Source of the DNA: an uncultured Gammaproteobacteria bacterium
Lineage (GTDB): Bacteria > Patescibacteriota > Microgenomatia > Levybacterales > GWA1-39-11
NCBI GenBank assembly: GCA_964409875.1
Contig: CAYPEN010000002.1
Span: forward strand, 65,067 to 129,066
DNA: 64,000 bases
Direction: 5' to 3'
Shown: piece after piece, positions 39,845 to 49,466 of the stretch
Position numbering within the stretch: position 1 is the first letter of the stretch
Layout of the letters: every line of letters starts with the position of its first letter
Translations under genes and position numbers: made by a program
Notes under the pieces: model-generated
Seen by the model: the letters and a program-made list of their open reading frames with translations, nothing else
What the model was told of the DNA's origin: nothing
The model's database searches: none

Positions 39845-40849
39845 TTATTGATTGCATGGCACCAATTTGGTCTTAATTAAATACTGGAAAAGATCATCAA
39901 CTATTACCTTGTACCCATCGGCTGTTGGATGATTATCATTTAAAAAATATTTGTGGTTGTTATATATGTTCGGGATTTTATCATAAATGTAAATCGACCG
40001 TCTGGATTTGGAAAATGAGTTTAAAACTTCAAAATACTGACTTTTTAATGTTGGGAATGAAAAGACGACTAAATTTCCTTCATAATATTTATTAAGAAGA
40101 TTAAAATTGCTTTTTTGGATATTCAATATTGCATGTTCACCACCAAGCTCTTGTAAAATAGAATCAATTGACCTTCTCCAGGGTATATGCATGATAGTAT
40201 TTCCTATTATGTCTTGTTGCCTGTTTAATTCCTTTTCCTTCTTAATTTCTTTACTCAATCTTGGAACCAACATTTCATTTATTCTTAAAAAATCGTTATC
40301 AATTACAAACCATAGAACCAAATCTGGATGATATTTTAAGCCTTTAATTTTATACCTTTCTACCACATATCTTATATCGTATCCTCCAACCCCCAAATTT
40401 ATAACTTGGTAATCTTTTAGTTGGTTGTTTTTGCAAGTTGTATTTAACTGTGCCTCGAGCTGAGACGGATAATTATCGGTGGTATTTATATTTTGCCCAT
40501 AGGTAAAAGAGTCACCTATTGTTAATATTCTAAATGTTTGATTGGGCTTTTCTTCTGTATAATCACTTAATTGATTTAATCCATCCTTGTTTATATAATT
40601 CTCAATTTTCTCTCCTTGACGGTATCCTAATTGCTTTAAAAAATTTGAATCAATCGATAATTTTCCTGGTTTAGGCTCATAGAAATATTTCAGTCCATCA
40701 TTCGGATTAAAAATATAATCTTTTGATTCCAAGGGTGAGATCGTAATGCTACTCGAAGTGATTTTCCTATAAATAAATATTATTAATATAATAAATATAG
40801 ATAACAAGAAAACATAAAAATAAAATATTATTCTCCGTTTCACTTTCAA
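39845..40849 (-). CDS. SGNH/GDSL hydrolase family protein (membrane anchored)
   Basis: GDSFTYG block I, GVGGY block II, DNHPTADGY block V (DxxH). Confidence 0.65.
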   Translation of the reverse strand: MKVKRRIIFYFYVFLLSIFIILIIFIYRKITSSSITISPLESKDYIFNPNDGLKYFYEPKPGKLSIDSNFLKQLGYRQGEKIENYINKDGLNQLSDYTEEKPNQTFRILTIGDSFTYGQNINTTDNYPSQLEAQLNTTCKNNQLKDYQVINLGVGGYDIRYVVERYKIKGLKYHPDLVLWFVIDNDFLRINEMLVPRLSKEIKKEKELNRQQDIIGNTIMHIPWRRSIDSILQELGGEHAILNIQKSNFNLLNKYYEGNLVVFSFPTLKSQYFEVLNSFSKSRRSIYIYDKIPNIYNNHKYFLNDNHPTADGYKVIVDDLFQYLIKTKLVPCNQ

Positions 40850-40886
40850 AAAAGAATAACACAGACGAAAAATATCTACAAGAAAC

Positions 40887-42203
40887 TTAGGCAGCTTTTG
40901 GAGGAAGGGATTTTACTACATCCAAAACGGCAAAATAAGCCGGTTTTGGGTTTAAATCGTCATCGTACATGGTGGGATCCGCATTAGGTGAATAAGAGGG
41001 AGTTCTTTTATCAGTTTCGTCGGAAGAGTATTTATCACCTATGGTAAAGAATGTTATACTTTTGCAGACACCGGAGTCGAGAGCTGCTTTACAAATACTT
41101 CTATAAATTTCTGCTTGTTTAGCAAACCTCTCCTCTTGAGATCCAACCACATCTTTTAAATTAACACTCATTTCTGTGATTTCAACCGGTACACCATAAT
41201 TCCTCATCTGGGCAGCTACATTTTCACTTTTTAAAGGTTTTGCTCCATCAATCCTCATCTGCATACCAATTCTGTCAATTAGTCCCTTAGCTTTAAGCCT
41301 ATCAACTATGGATTTTGTCAATGGCGTATTTGGGCCCCCAGGGGTCTCATTACCATAGTCATCATAACTGAGTATCAATGGCGTATCCCAATCTTTTGAA
41401 GCATCCCTAGCAGCCTGAAAAGCAATATCAACATATTCGTTTCCTATCACATCAAGAAATACATCTTTTGGTGCAATCGCTGGGTGTGCATGCGCCTCAT
41501 TCACTATTGACCATCTATTGATTTTCCCCTTAAAGTGTGTAACTGTATCGGTTACATGGTTTTTTAATATATCTATTAATTCTTCTCTCGAGAAATTGCC
41601 ATTTTTAAGCCAGTCTGGATAAGTATCTACATATATAAGTGAATGTCCTTCGGGCGAAACCTTTCTCGATAGTAATACGTCAACCATTTTGTCCATATTT
41701 GAATAATCTACGGCCCCTCTTCTTTTCTCCAAATTTTTCCAGCTCAAATCATATGCCAAAGAAGCGGAATTAAACTCAAGAGTCTTAAGATCTTTAAATC
41801 TTGGCTGTGTGGCGATGTTTTCAGTGCTTATGCTTGTGCCAATCTCGATACCCGCCCTATCTGCTGCTAGCCTTAATTCTCCAAATGGAGGAATAACTTC
41901 AGGGGTTTTTGTTGCTTCTGGAGTCGCGGTTGGACTGGCGGTTGGGTCGGTATCAGGTGTAACTGTCGGATCATTATCGGGTGTTGGTGTCCCATTCCCA
42001 CCGGAAAGATGCTGTGTATCCGGATTCGGGTTTGCACCCTCTCCGTCACTCGAAATCATCGGAATGGCAATTCCTCCTACCGCGGCAAGACCTGCAGCTG
42101 CGCCGACACCGGCAGCAATTTTCAAAAATCCCCTTCTGCTAACCGGTCTTTTAGGTAATTCTCCTGGAAGCTTACCCGGAACTGGTGGATGTTCAAGAGT
42201 CAT
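40887..42203 (-). CDS. Twin-arginine-signal secreted glycoside hydrolase, clan GH-A, GH10-like
   Basis: SRRGFLKIAAGVGAAAGLAA TAT motif; PT-rich linker; WSIVNEAH (acid/base) and ITEMSV (nucleophile) blocks. Confidence 0.65.
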   Translation of the reverse strand: MTLEHPPVPGKLPGELPKRPVSRRGFLKIAAGVGAAAGLAAVGGIAIPMISSDGEGANPNPDTQHLSGGNGTPTPDNDPTVTPDTDPTASPTATPEATKTPEVIPPFGELRLAADRAGIEIGTSISTENIATQPRFKDLKTLEFNSASLAYDLSWKNLEKRRGAVDYSNMDKMVDVLLSRKVSPEGHSLIYVDTYPDWLKNGNFSREELIDILKNHVTDTVTHFKGKINRWSIVNEAHAHPAIAPKDVFLDVIGNEYVDIAFQAARDASKDWDTPLILSYDDYGNETPGGPNTPLTKSIVDRLKAKGLIDRIGMQMRIDGAKPLKSENVAAQMRNYGVPVEITEMSVNLKDVVGSQEERFAKQAEIYRSICKAALDSGVCKSITFFTIGDKYSSDETDKRTPSYSPNADPTMYDDDLNPKPAYFAVLDVVKSLPPKAA

Positions 42204-42290
42204 ATTGTATGATTAAAACTCATAATTACTATGAGCCTTAAATTCATTTTATCACTTATTTTCTACCAGTCAATATAAAAAACAATTTTC

Positions 42291-43268
42291 TTACGAAAGA
42301 AGAGTTATCCATACAGTCATTGCAGTAGATAATTTCCGCCAATACCCTCTTTTTTTACCTAATTCTTTCGCAATTTCTAAATAACACCCTTCAATAGTAT
42401 TGGAGGTTAAGCGTATATCTTCAACTTCTCTCCACAACCATTCATTGACCGGTATACCGGTCTTCTCTTTCTCTATATTTACATCTGTATTTGATGCCCT
42501 ACTGTGCTTTACGGATGGAGCACCGGAAGTAATTGCATAACCCAAATGGTCGCAAATTTTCTTGATAAATAATCCTGCCCAGATGTCATCAAATCGGTCA
42601 TAAGGCCATTTATTTTCGTTCTTATCCTTACCCATCAGCAAAAAATACATTGCAGGCAAAATTTCCCGTCTGAAAGCCAAATTCATAGAACACATCGGAA
42701 AGTACTTCCCATACGGCACTTTTTCTACCTTTTTGAACGGTTTTGTCCTCAACTCCGGGTATTTTTTTTGTGTAATTCCATCAAGATCGGGAATATTTGA
42801 CCAAAGACCGTGATGGACCATGGTCGGCTGCCTTTTATCCCTAAACTCATATGGATATCCCCGTGGATAGATTTGATTTTCAAGCGTGTTCCACCAATAA
42901 TCACTCTGCCATTCTTTTTTTAAGCTCGTGAGAATATCTTTCATAAAACCGTTTTTGTATTGTTTCTCAGGCAAACAATCATCATCTAACGTCAGTATGT
43001 ACGTGCTCCCTTTTTGCCAAGCTTTTATGAAACCATACGATCTTACGGCTGCCGACCTGCGAGGTATAATCCAAGAATTTTTTCCTAGCTCACTTTCTAT
43101 ATCTTCCCAACTGTAATGCTGTATCCATTGAGGTAGTTTGAAGCTTTTTTGGGGGTTATCTTCAACTACAATAATTTCAAGTCCGGAAAACTCCTTTTCC
43201 CAAGCTGTTAAGAACGAATTAATTGATTGCTCACGGATGGTAGGTACAATAATTGCAATATCTTTCAT
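42291..43268 (-). CDS. Reversibly-glycosylated-polypeptide (RGP)/UDP-arabinopyranose mutase-like protein (GT75-like)
   Basis: Blocks LTLDDDCLP, HGLWSNIPDLDG, FPMCSMNLAFRREILPAMYF, RFDDIWAGLFIKKICDHLGYAITSGAPSVKHSRASN closely parallel conserved plant RGP/UAM motifs (from memory of the family). Confidence 0.6.
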   Translation of the reverse strand: MKDIAIIVPTIREQSINSFLTAWEKEFSGLEIIVVEDNPQKSFKLPQWIQHYSWEDIESELGKNSWIIPRRSAAVRSYGFIKAWQKGSTYILTLDDDCLPEKQYKNGFMKDILTSLKKEWQSDYWWNTLENQIYPRGYPYEFRDKRQPTMVHHGLWSNIPDLDGITQKKYPELRTKPFKKVEKVPYGKYFPMCSMNLAFRREILPAMYFLLMGKDKNENKWPYDRFDDIWAGLFIKKICDHLGYAITSGAPSVKHSRASNTDVNIEKEKTGIPVNEWLWREVEDIRLTSNTIEGCYLEIAKELGKKRGYWRKLSTAMTVWITLLS

Positions 43269-43357
43269 TTAGTTTCCTATCTTACTCAATTTTTGCTTGG
43301 TTTAAAAGCTTCTTTTTGAATTTGTCAAAAGTCTGCAGACGATGGTACACTTCACAC

Positions 43358-43939
43358 ATGCCAAGACTTATTGCCATTATTCTATTCATCGTCTTACTTC
43401 CCCTTTTTCCATTAATGTTTGTGCTAATAACAATTACCTCTGATGGTCCTTTTATTTTCAAACAAAAAAGAATGGGGAAAGGAAAAAAGGTATTCACAAT
43501 TTATAAACTGCGAACGATGGTGAAAGATGCTGAAAAACTAAAATCTAAATACTTACATCTGAATGAGACTGATGGTCCAGTCTTTAAAATCCGTAACGAT
43601 CCCAGATATACAAGTATTGGGAGATTTCTTGCAAGAACAGCACTTGATGAACTGCCCCAGCTCATAAATATAATTAAGGGCGAAATGGCTTTTGTGGGGC
43701 CTCGCCCCCTTCCTGTTGAAGAAGCAAGAAATGTACCTAAAAAATATGACGCCCGTTTTTCTATCCTCCCCGGGCTTACATCAACTTGGGTTATAAAAGG
43801 GTCTCACCAGCTCAAATTTGAACAATGGATGGAACTTGATTTGAAATACGTAAAGAATAAGACTTTATGGGGTGACTTTGAAATTATTCTTAAAACTTTT
43901 TTTCTCATATTTAAATCTTTAATAAATATAAGAAGGTAG
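43358..43939 (+). CDS. Polyprenyl-phosphate sugar phosphotransferase (bacterial sugar transferase, WbaP/PglC-like small form)
   Basis: Start MPRLIAI at 43358; PVFKIRNDPRYTSIGRFLARTALDELPQLINIIKGEMAFVGPRP signature. Confidence 0.85.
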   Translation: MPRLIAIILFIVLLPLFPLMFVLITITSDGPFIFKQKRMGKGKKVFTIYKLRTMVKDAEKLKSKYLHLNETDGPVFKIRNDPRYTSIGRFLARTALDELPQLINIIKGEMAFVGPRPLPVEEARNVPKKYDARFSILPGLTSTWVIKGSHQLKFEQWMELDLKYVKNKTLWGDFEIILKTFFLIFKSLINIRR

Positions 43940-43974
43940 CCCAAAAAACGTTTCCGAATATGCTACCATAAATC

Positions 43975-45153
43975 ATGATCCGGTTGCTGCCTTATTTCCT
44001 CTTTTTCCTACTAGCGCTTGAGGGACTCGGAATTCCTAACGGCCGGGAACTGGCATATGCAATTCTCGTACTGGGTTCTCCAATATTTTTTATCCACACT
44101 TTTTTTCAAAAAAAAGCATTTAAAATACCCAGAACGATAACAATACTTTTCATATTATTAATTGTTTCTGCTTTTATATCTTCATTTATGGGTTTAAAAC
44201 CGCAAAATTCTCTTCAATATTCTTTTCTGTTACTGTCAATCTTTTTCCTTTTTCTCGTTGCATATAACAATCAAAAAGAACTCACAAAACCAATCATAGT
44301 AGTAATTTTTCTTTCCTCTGCGCTCTTTACTCTTTATTCAGCTCTTCTTTCCTTTCATATTAATTTCCCCCTGCCTGCAAATGGTTACCAGTTCGTATTT
44401 TCGAAATTCGGCTCGCACAACCACCTCGGCGACTTTCTGGTTCTTCCTTCAATAATTTGCCTATATTACTTATATAACCGCAAGTATGTATTACTAGCTA
44501 TTAGCTATCAGTTATTTGCTATTATTTTCATTTTTTTCTCCTACTCCCGATCTGCATACCTTTCATTAGCATTAACAACAATTTTGCTGCATTTAATGTA
44601 TTTAAAATCTAAAAACTCTTTACACACCATACTTCTATCAAGGCTTTTAATGCTCATATTAGTTCTTTCATCAGCTTTTTTTATTGTCGCAACAACCCGC
44701 CAGGCAATAACCCAACCCTTATCAAAAGAAGTAAATGAAACGCTCGTTAAAAAAGGAGGTTTAAAGCATAAAGAATTATTGGGCAATAGGCTTGAGTATA
44801 TAAGGCAATCTCTCCTCTCAGTACAAAAAAACTCAATTTTTGGCATTGGTCCTAACAATTTTTTGTTAGTTTCCAAAACGTATGCACCCAAAAAATCTTT
44901 AATTACTGAAGCTACTCACAACATTTTTCTTGAAATACTCGTAGGACAGGGAATTTTAGGGCTTTTGCCTTTTATCACTATTAACATCCTTATATTGATA
45001 AAATCCAAAAAAAATGCCCTTTATTTCGGGTTGGTGGCATTGCTTATCAATTTCCAAACAGATTATACGTACCAAATTTATTCGTTTCTTCTTCTATTTT
45101 TTGTCCTAAGTGGCGTGATTTTAGAACAACCTAACCATAATCCTAACTCGTGA
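43975..45153 (+). CDS. O-antigen ligase-like (Wzy_C) membrane protein
   Basis: Polytopic; FSYSRSAYLSLALTTILL loop typical of Wzy_C. Confidence 0.6.
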   Translation: MIRLLPYFLFFLLALEGLGIPNGRELAYAILVLGSPIFFIHTFFQKKAFKIPRTITILFILLIVSAFISSFMGLKPQNSLQYSFLLLSIFFLFLVAYNNQKELTKPIIVVIFLSSALFTLYSALLSFHINFPLPANGYQFVFSKFGSHNHLGDFLVLPSIICLYYLYNRKYVLLAISYQLFAIIFIFFSYSRSAYLSLALTTILLHLMYLKSKNSLHTILLSRLLMLILVLSSAFFIVATTRQAITQPLSKEVNETLVKKGGLKHKELLGNRLEYIRQSLLSVQKNSIFGIGPNNFLLVSKTYAPKKSLITEATHNIFLEILVGQGILGLLPFITINILILIKSKKNALYFGLVALLINFQTDYTYQIYSFLLLFFVLSGVILEQPNHNPNS

Positions 45154-45182
45154 ATCTTTATTTGCTATGGTAGAATAGCTGC

Positions 45183-45470
45183 ATGATGACCAAAAATTCT
45201 CCTAAAATTAAAATTATTAAAGGTTTTGTTACTCAAAGAAATGGAAAAACCGTTACTATCTTTGATGCAGAGAAGTCAATGCTCTACACTTTTAATCCGT
45301 CGGCAACTTTTATTTTCGAAAGGTTGAAAAAGGGACTGGATGCCAATAAAATTGCTTCTTTAATGATGAAAGAATTCAACATACAAGAGAAGAAAGCAAT
45401 TGATGACATCAACGATTTCATTAATACTCTGCTCGCAAAAGGACTCGCAAAAAAGGAAAAGATTGCATAA
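45183..45470 (+). CDS. PqqD-family protein (RiPP recognition element-like peptide chaperone)
   Basis: 95 aa; SMLYTFNPSATFIFERLKKGLDANKIASLMMKEFNI...AIDDINDFINTLLAKGL matches the PqqD/RRE pattern (beta-strands + LNxTA..IW..LDG..ei.....dv..fl..L...GL). Confidence 0.75.
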   Translation: MMTKNSPKIKIIKGFVTQRNGKTVTIFDAEKSMLYTFNPSATFIFERLKKGLDANKIASLMMKEFNIQEKKAIDDINDFINTLLAKGLAKKEKIA

Positions 45471-46683
45471 TAAACCTTTTTGTCTTTCTATTAATAACCC
45501 AAAGTAATGAGTACAAAATTGTACCATTAAGAAACACAAATATTTTAATCCACAATGGGTTTGGAGAAAGAGAAAATAGCACTCTAAAAAAATTACCCTC
45601 TCCTAGAATTTCTTTTTCATCAAAAATATTTGTTTTGCCAAACTTTCTTTCTACTAAATTCGCATTGCTTATTTTTCTAAGACCCTTATAAAACGGGCTT
45701 TTAATACGCTTTCTATCGTAATACTTTACATAAAGAAACAAAGCGGAATAGATGAAATTCCATAATTTATACTCCTTAATAGTGTTTAAAATTTGATAGT
45801 AATTTATTTTTTTCTTAAAGACTTCTCTCATAAATTGATATCGATACCCACCCTCAAAATTGTGATGGTAAATATGAAGAAGCAGATAGATGATTAAATT
45901 TTCAATCTTTAAAACAGGAAATTTTACCCTTTCAATCTCAATATATTCCTTTTCATATATAAACTTTTGAGATAACTTGTCTACAAGTTGTTGGGGATAC
46001 AATTTTTCCACTTTACCAATACTGGTCATTAAAAAAACTATTTCAAGATGGATATCAAATGTGACAATCAGTCCGTTGACGTTTTTGTAGAACGAAATTT
46101 CAGCCTTATCAAGCATTGTTTTTCCCGTTAGAGAAGTCGGTGTAACCATTTTGTAGCTATTATCAAAAAGGAGTTTCTTAACCTTTTTGAACTGTTTCTT
46201 ATGAATAAGAATATCGCAATCTGCATAAATTCGACTTGGATACTTTCCTTCGTATAAAAGATGCAAAGGTAGACCTTTCAGAATAACAAAGTCAATTTTA
46301 TGCTCCATAAATAAGCCTGCAATCCTTCTTATCTCATCGAAATACAAACTGGACTGCATAAGATACAGGTCCTCAACTTTATACTTATGACTTCCTCGTT
46401 GGATAGAATCGACTAAACCGATTATCCTCTCTGGTCTTATTTTCCCATCAGATAAACGGTTATTATCCCCTTTTGTTATGAGATATTTATTCGTTTTGTA
46501 CAACACCCTATGAGTAATCAAATGGCTATTTTTTTTAAAACAAACAATATCGTTAGTTTTAATTCTGTTAAAGCTAATTTTCTTAATATGAACTGTATCT
46601 TGGTCTCGAAGGATAGGGAACATAGAATTCCCAAAAGTTTTTATCTTTCCTCTCTTTACTACCTGGTTGACTAAATCTTGCAT
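45421..46683 (-). CDS. Fusion protein: N-terminal S24/S26-type serine peptidase domain + C-terminal uncharacterised nucleotidyltransferase (NTP_transf_5-like) domain
   Basis: N-term GNSMFPIL...ITKGDNN (Ser nucleophile SM motif of LexA/signal-peptidase fold); C-term FVILKGLPLHLLYEGKYPSRIYADCDILIHK matching KG..LY....R...D.D.L nucleotidyltransferase motif. Confidence 0.55.
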   Translation of the reverse strand: MQDLVNQVVKRGKIKTFGNSMFPILRDQDTVHIKKISFNRIKTNDIVCFKKNSHLITHRVLYKTNKYLITKGDNNRLSDGKIRPERIIGLVDSIQRGSHKYKVEDLYLMQSSLYFDEIRRIAGLFMEHKIDFVILKGLPLHLLYEGKYPSRIYADCDILIHKKQFKKVKKLLFDNSYKMVTPTSLTGKTMLDKAEISFYKNVNGLIVTFDIHLEIVFLMTSIGKVEKLYPQQLVDKLSQKFIYEKEYIEIERVKFPVLKIENLIIYLLLHIYHHNFEGGYRYQFMREVFKKKINYYQILNTIKEYKLWNFIYSALFLYVKYYDRKRIKSPFYKGLRKISNANLVERKFGKTNIFDEKEILGEGNFFRVLFSLSPNPLWIKIFVFLNGTILYSLLWVINRKTKRFIMQSFPFLRVLLRAEY

Positions 46684-46703
46684 CCGAGTTACTTAATAGT
46701 TAT

Positions 46704-48179
46704 TTAATATTGAAGTGATTTTAATTTTGCCTTTATATCATCGTTAAAATTTGAATCATTTTCTTCGAAGCCGTTATTTTGTTGCTCTGATATTATGAAG
46801 GGTGAAGGCAAATTATAAGGTGCTAGATGTTCATATAAAACTTGCTTTAACCTACCTGCAATTCGAGGAAGCTTATCTATCAAATTATTACTCTCATATT
46901 TATCTTTCTCAACGTTATATAACTCTTCATAATTATTCTCATGTATGCAAGACCCGGGAAGCGAATAGATATATTTATATTCGCCATCGCTTACGGAAAA
47001 CTTCGAAAGGTTGTTATTTTCTGAAAACGAATATTTCCTCCGGTTAGCTGGGAATGGATTAATAAATAAACTCCGGTTAAATAGGTAAGCAAAGCTCTGC
47101 CCGTCGAAAGCAGAATTATCTTTAATACTCATCAAATCGAGCAGTGTCGGAAGAATATCAGTGTTTTGCAACATAACATTTGAGGTCATTTTATGATCAG
47201 ATAATGGATCGTAGATTATAAGCGGAATCTTTATGGCAGAATCGTATAGAACAGTTCTGTGGTCAAAATAATAATTGTGGTCAAATCCTTCTCCATGATC
47301 CCCATAGATAACAACTATTGTGTTCTTTAAGACCCCGATTTTTTTAAGAGTATTTAATATTTCTCCTGTTATCCGGTCAGCCGAAGCAACTCCACCATCG
47401 TAGAGATTTTCCATAAGCCCAATCCTTTCTTTGGGCACCGTTCTATTTTGACATTTTTGATACTCACCACGTAATCGTTCCAGGTCTTCCAAGCTTTTTC
47501 CGCTGATTTGTGAGCAATATTTAGAGTTAAACTTACAACGTAAATCATCAGGAGGATAATAAGGTGCATGTACATCCATTAAATGAATCCAGGTAAAGAA
47601 TTTAGTATTATGGTTTTTTTCCAACCAGCCTGAAGCTTGTCTTATAAAAGACTCATAGTCTGCCCTACTACTTTGCCTGAATTGTTCATTCCCACTTTTA
47701 TCGAATTGAAAATACTTGAATATGTGAAAATGAAAATCATCAATCCCCTGGTCAAGAGGCTCACCTGTGATAAATGCAGCTGTCTTATATCCGGCTGTTT
47801 TTAACTCCGTTGCCAGTGTCTTAGTATTCCAACTTATACCAGAAAAGCTATTATTCAAAATTCTGGTCTTTAAAGGATCGTAACCTGTCATAAGAGAAAT
47901 AAATGAAGGGTGTGTCATGGGAACTGTAGTTGAAACGTTAGTGAATACTTTTGCGTTATTCGAAAAATTATCTATGTTTGGGGTTGTTTTTTTTTCGTAT
48001 CCATAGACCCCCATATGATCAGGTCTTAATGTGTCAATCGATATTATGACAAGATTGAGGTCTTTTGCCCGTTTGACAATATAAATCTGTCTTCCAAATT
48101 CGAAGGCGGTATAGGATAGAATCAGAATTATTATTACAAGAAAAAGTTTTTTTGATATTAATTTTTTTAATTTCTTCAT
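46704..48179 (-). CDS. Sulfatase-like alkaline-phosphatase-superfamily enzyme (membrane anchored)
   Basis: LVIISIDTLRPDHMGVYGY...PNIDNFS...TTVPMTHPS core; start codon overlaps upstream stop (translational coupling). Confidence 0.7.
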   Translation of the reverse strand: MKKLKKLISKKLFLVIIILILSYTAFEFGRQIYIVKRAKDLNLVIISIDTLRPDHMGVYGYEKKTTPNIDNFSNNAKVFTNVSTTVPMTHPSFISLMTGYDPLKTRILNNSFSGISWNTKTLATELKTAGYKTAAFITGEPLDQGIDDFHFHIFKYFQFDKSGNEQFRQSSRADYESFIRQASGWLEKNHNTKFFTWIHLMDVHAPYYPPDDLRCKFNSKYCSQISGKSLEDLERLRGEYQKCQNRTVPKERIGLMENLYDGGVASADRITGEILNTLKKIGVLKNTIVVIYGDHGEGFDHNYYFDHRTVLYDSAIKIPLIIYDPLSDHKMTSNVMLQNTDILPTLLDLMSIKDNSAFDGQSFAYLFNRSLFINPFPANRRKYSFSENNNLSKFSVSDGEYKYIYSLPGSCIHENNYEELYNVEKDKYESNNLIDKLPRIAGRLKQVLYEHLAPYNLPSPFIISEQQNNGFEENDSNFNDDIKAKLKSLQY

Positions 48180-48652
48180 AATGACTTAATAATAAGGTAA
48201 TTAGCTGCTGCATTTTTCTCATAAAGGTTTGCAGTTTCTTTTATTGTCACATTGTCATTTTTTGTAAGTGACCCAAATGGGATATTATTCCCAAAATTGT
48301 CTATAACGCTTACTTCATGACTGTTATCGGGTGTCAGTAAAAACTGTTTCCTATTGCCATTTTTCTCGATTGTTATCCTTTTTGTTTTTGTATCCATATT
48401 TTCAGTAATATTAAAAATAGAACCTTCATAAACATTTATCAATGTAGATGTAGTCAAAGTACTTTTAGAGGAATAGAAAAAATTAAATAAGACAGACGAA
48501 CTGTAAGGAAGGTAAAATGTTTTGACCTCTCGAGGATTTTTCAACATAAAAGAATTGATATGTGGTTTTTCGTGGATAAAAATAAAAAATTCCAGAATAC
48601 AAAATGCAGTCAAAAAAAACGCAAGATAGGAGAGATTAATCTTATTTTTCAT
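48176..48652 (-). CDS. Small membrane-anchored hypothetical protein, translationally coupled between SagB-like and sulfatase-like genes
   Basis: N-terminal TM; 1-nt overlap with SagB-like stop and 4-nt overlap with sulfatase-like start. Confidence 0.4.
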   Translation of the reverse strand: MKNKINLSYLAFFLTAFCILEFFIFIHEKPHINSFMLKNPREVKTFYLPYSSSVLFNFFYSSKSTLTTSTLINVYEGSIFNITENMDTKTKRITIEKNGNRKQFLLTPDNSHEVSVIDNFGNNIPFGSLTKNDNVTIKETANLYEKNAAANYLIIKSL

Positions 48653-49428
48653 TATCCTAGAGCTACCACTTCAAGAACAGTCTCGGAAAACCCATCTATA
48701 TCAAGATAGTTATTCAGTTTATCATCTACATAGCCTCCGATAGCACAGCATGCTATATTTTGTGAGGCGGATATTAAATAAATATTCTGCAGCATGCAAC
48801 CTGCCTCGGTAAGCACATGTCTATATCCCCTATTTCCATATTTCGTAGTATTTCTGATAAAAACGCCGGTTATAATTAATAATGCGGATGCTTTATATAC
48901 CCACTCCTGGCCTTTGAAAGATTCTACCACAACATCACTATTAAACTCCCCGACAAGCTCAAGCGAGTTATTCTTGACATAATAATGATAAAGGCCTTGA
49001 GGAATTTCCGAATTCATACTGATGAAATAGACCTCCAACGGATATCTTGCTCCTGCAGAGGGATAAAATCTTGCACCTGTTCGGTTATCTTTAATACCGG
49101 CAGAAAAATAAAGCAGATTGCTTATCCGTTCGGTTGTTAGTACTTGACTAAATTCCCTTCGGGATTCTCTTTTTTCCAAAAATTCAGAAAGAACTTTCTG
49201 TTCAAGTACGGGCTTTGGAAGTATAGTTTCGGGCAAACGAGCATAGCCTTTATAGAAAATCTTGATCCATTCAGTTGGCCATTCGCTTCTATTGATTTCT
49301 TTCTTATATTTTTTTATCTTTGTCAGGTTATGGAATTTTTCGAAAGGCTGCATCGGTTCTTTCAAAAGTTCATTCACATCGATATCGTCTTTTTTTAATA
49401 CCTTTGAGTCTGGACGTGTACTCACCAT
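48652..49428 (-). CDS. SagB-type (McbC-like) FMN-dependent dehydrogenase of azoline-forming RiPP pathways
   Basis: Nitroreductase-fold motifs RESRREF, YPSAGARYP, RGYRHVLTEAGCMLQNIYL, ACCAIGGY. Confidence 0.85.
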   Translation of the reverse strand: MVSTRPDSKVLKKDDIDVNELLKEPMQPFEKFHNLTKIKKYKKEINRSEWPTEWIKIFYKGYARLPETILPKPVLEQKVLSEFLEKRESRREFSQVLTTERISNLLYFSAGIKDNRTGARFYPSAGARYPLEVYFISMNSEIPQGLYHYYVKNNSLELVGEFNSDVVVESFKGQEWVYKASALLIITGVFIRNTTKYGNRGYRHVLTEAGCMLQNIYLISASQNIACCAIGGYVDDKLNNYLDIDGFSETVLEVVALG

Positions 49429-49466
49429 GATGTTAAAATATAGCAGATTCCAAGGGATTGTAAAGA

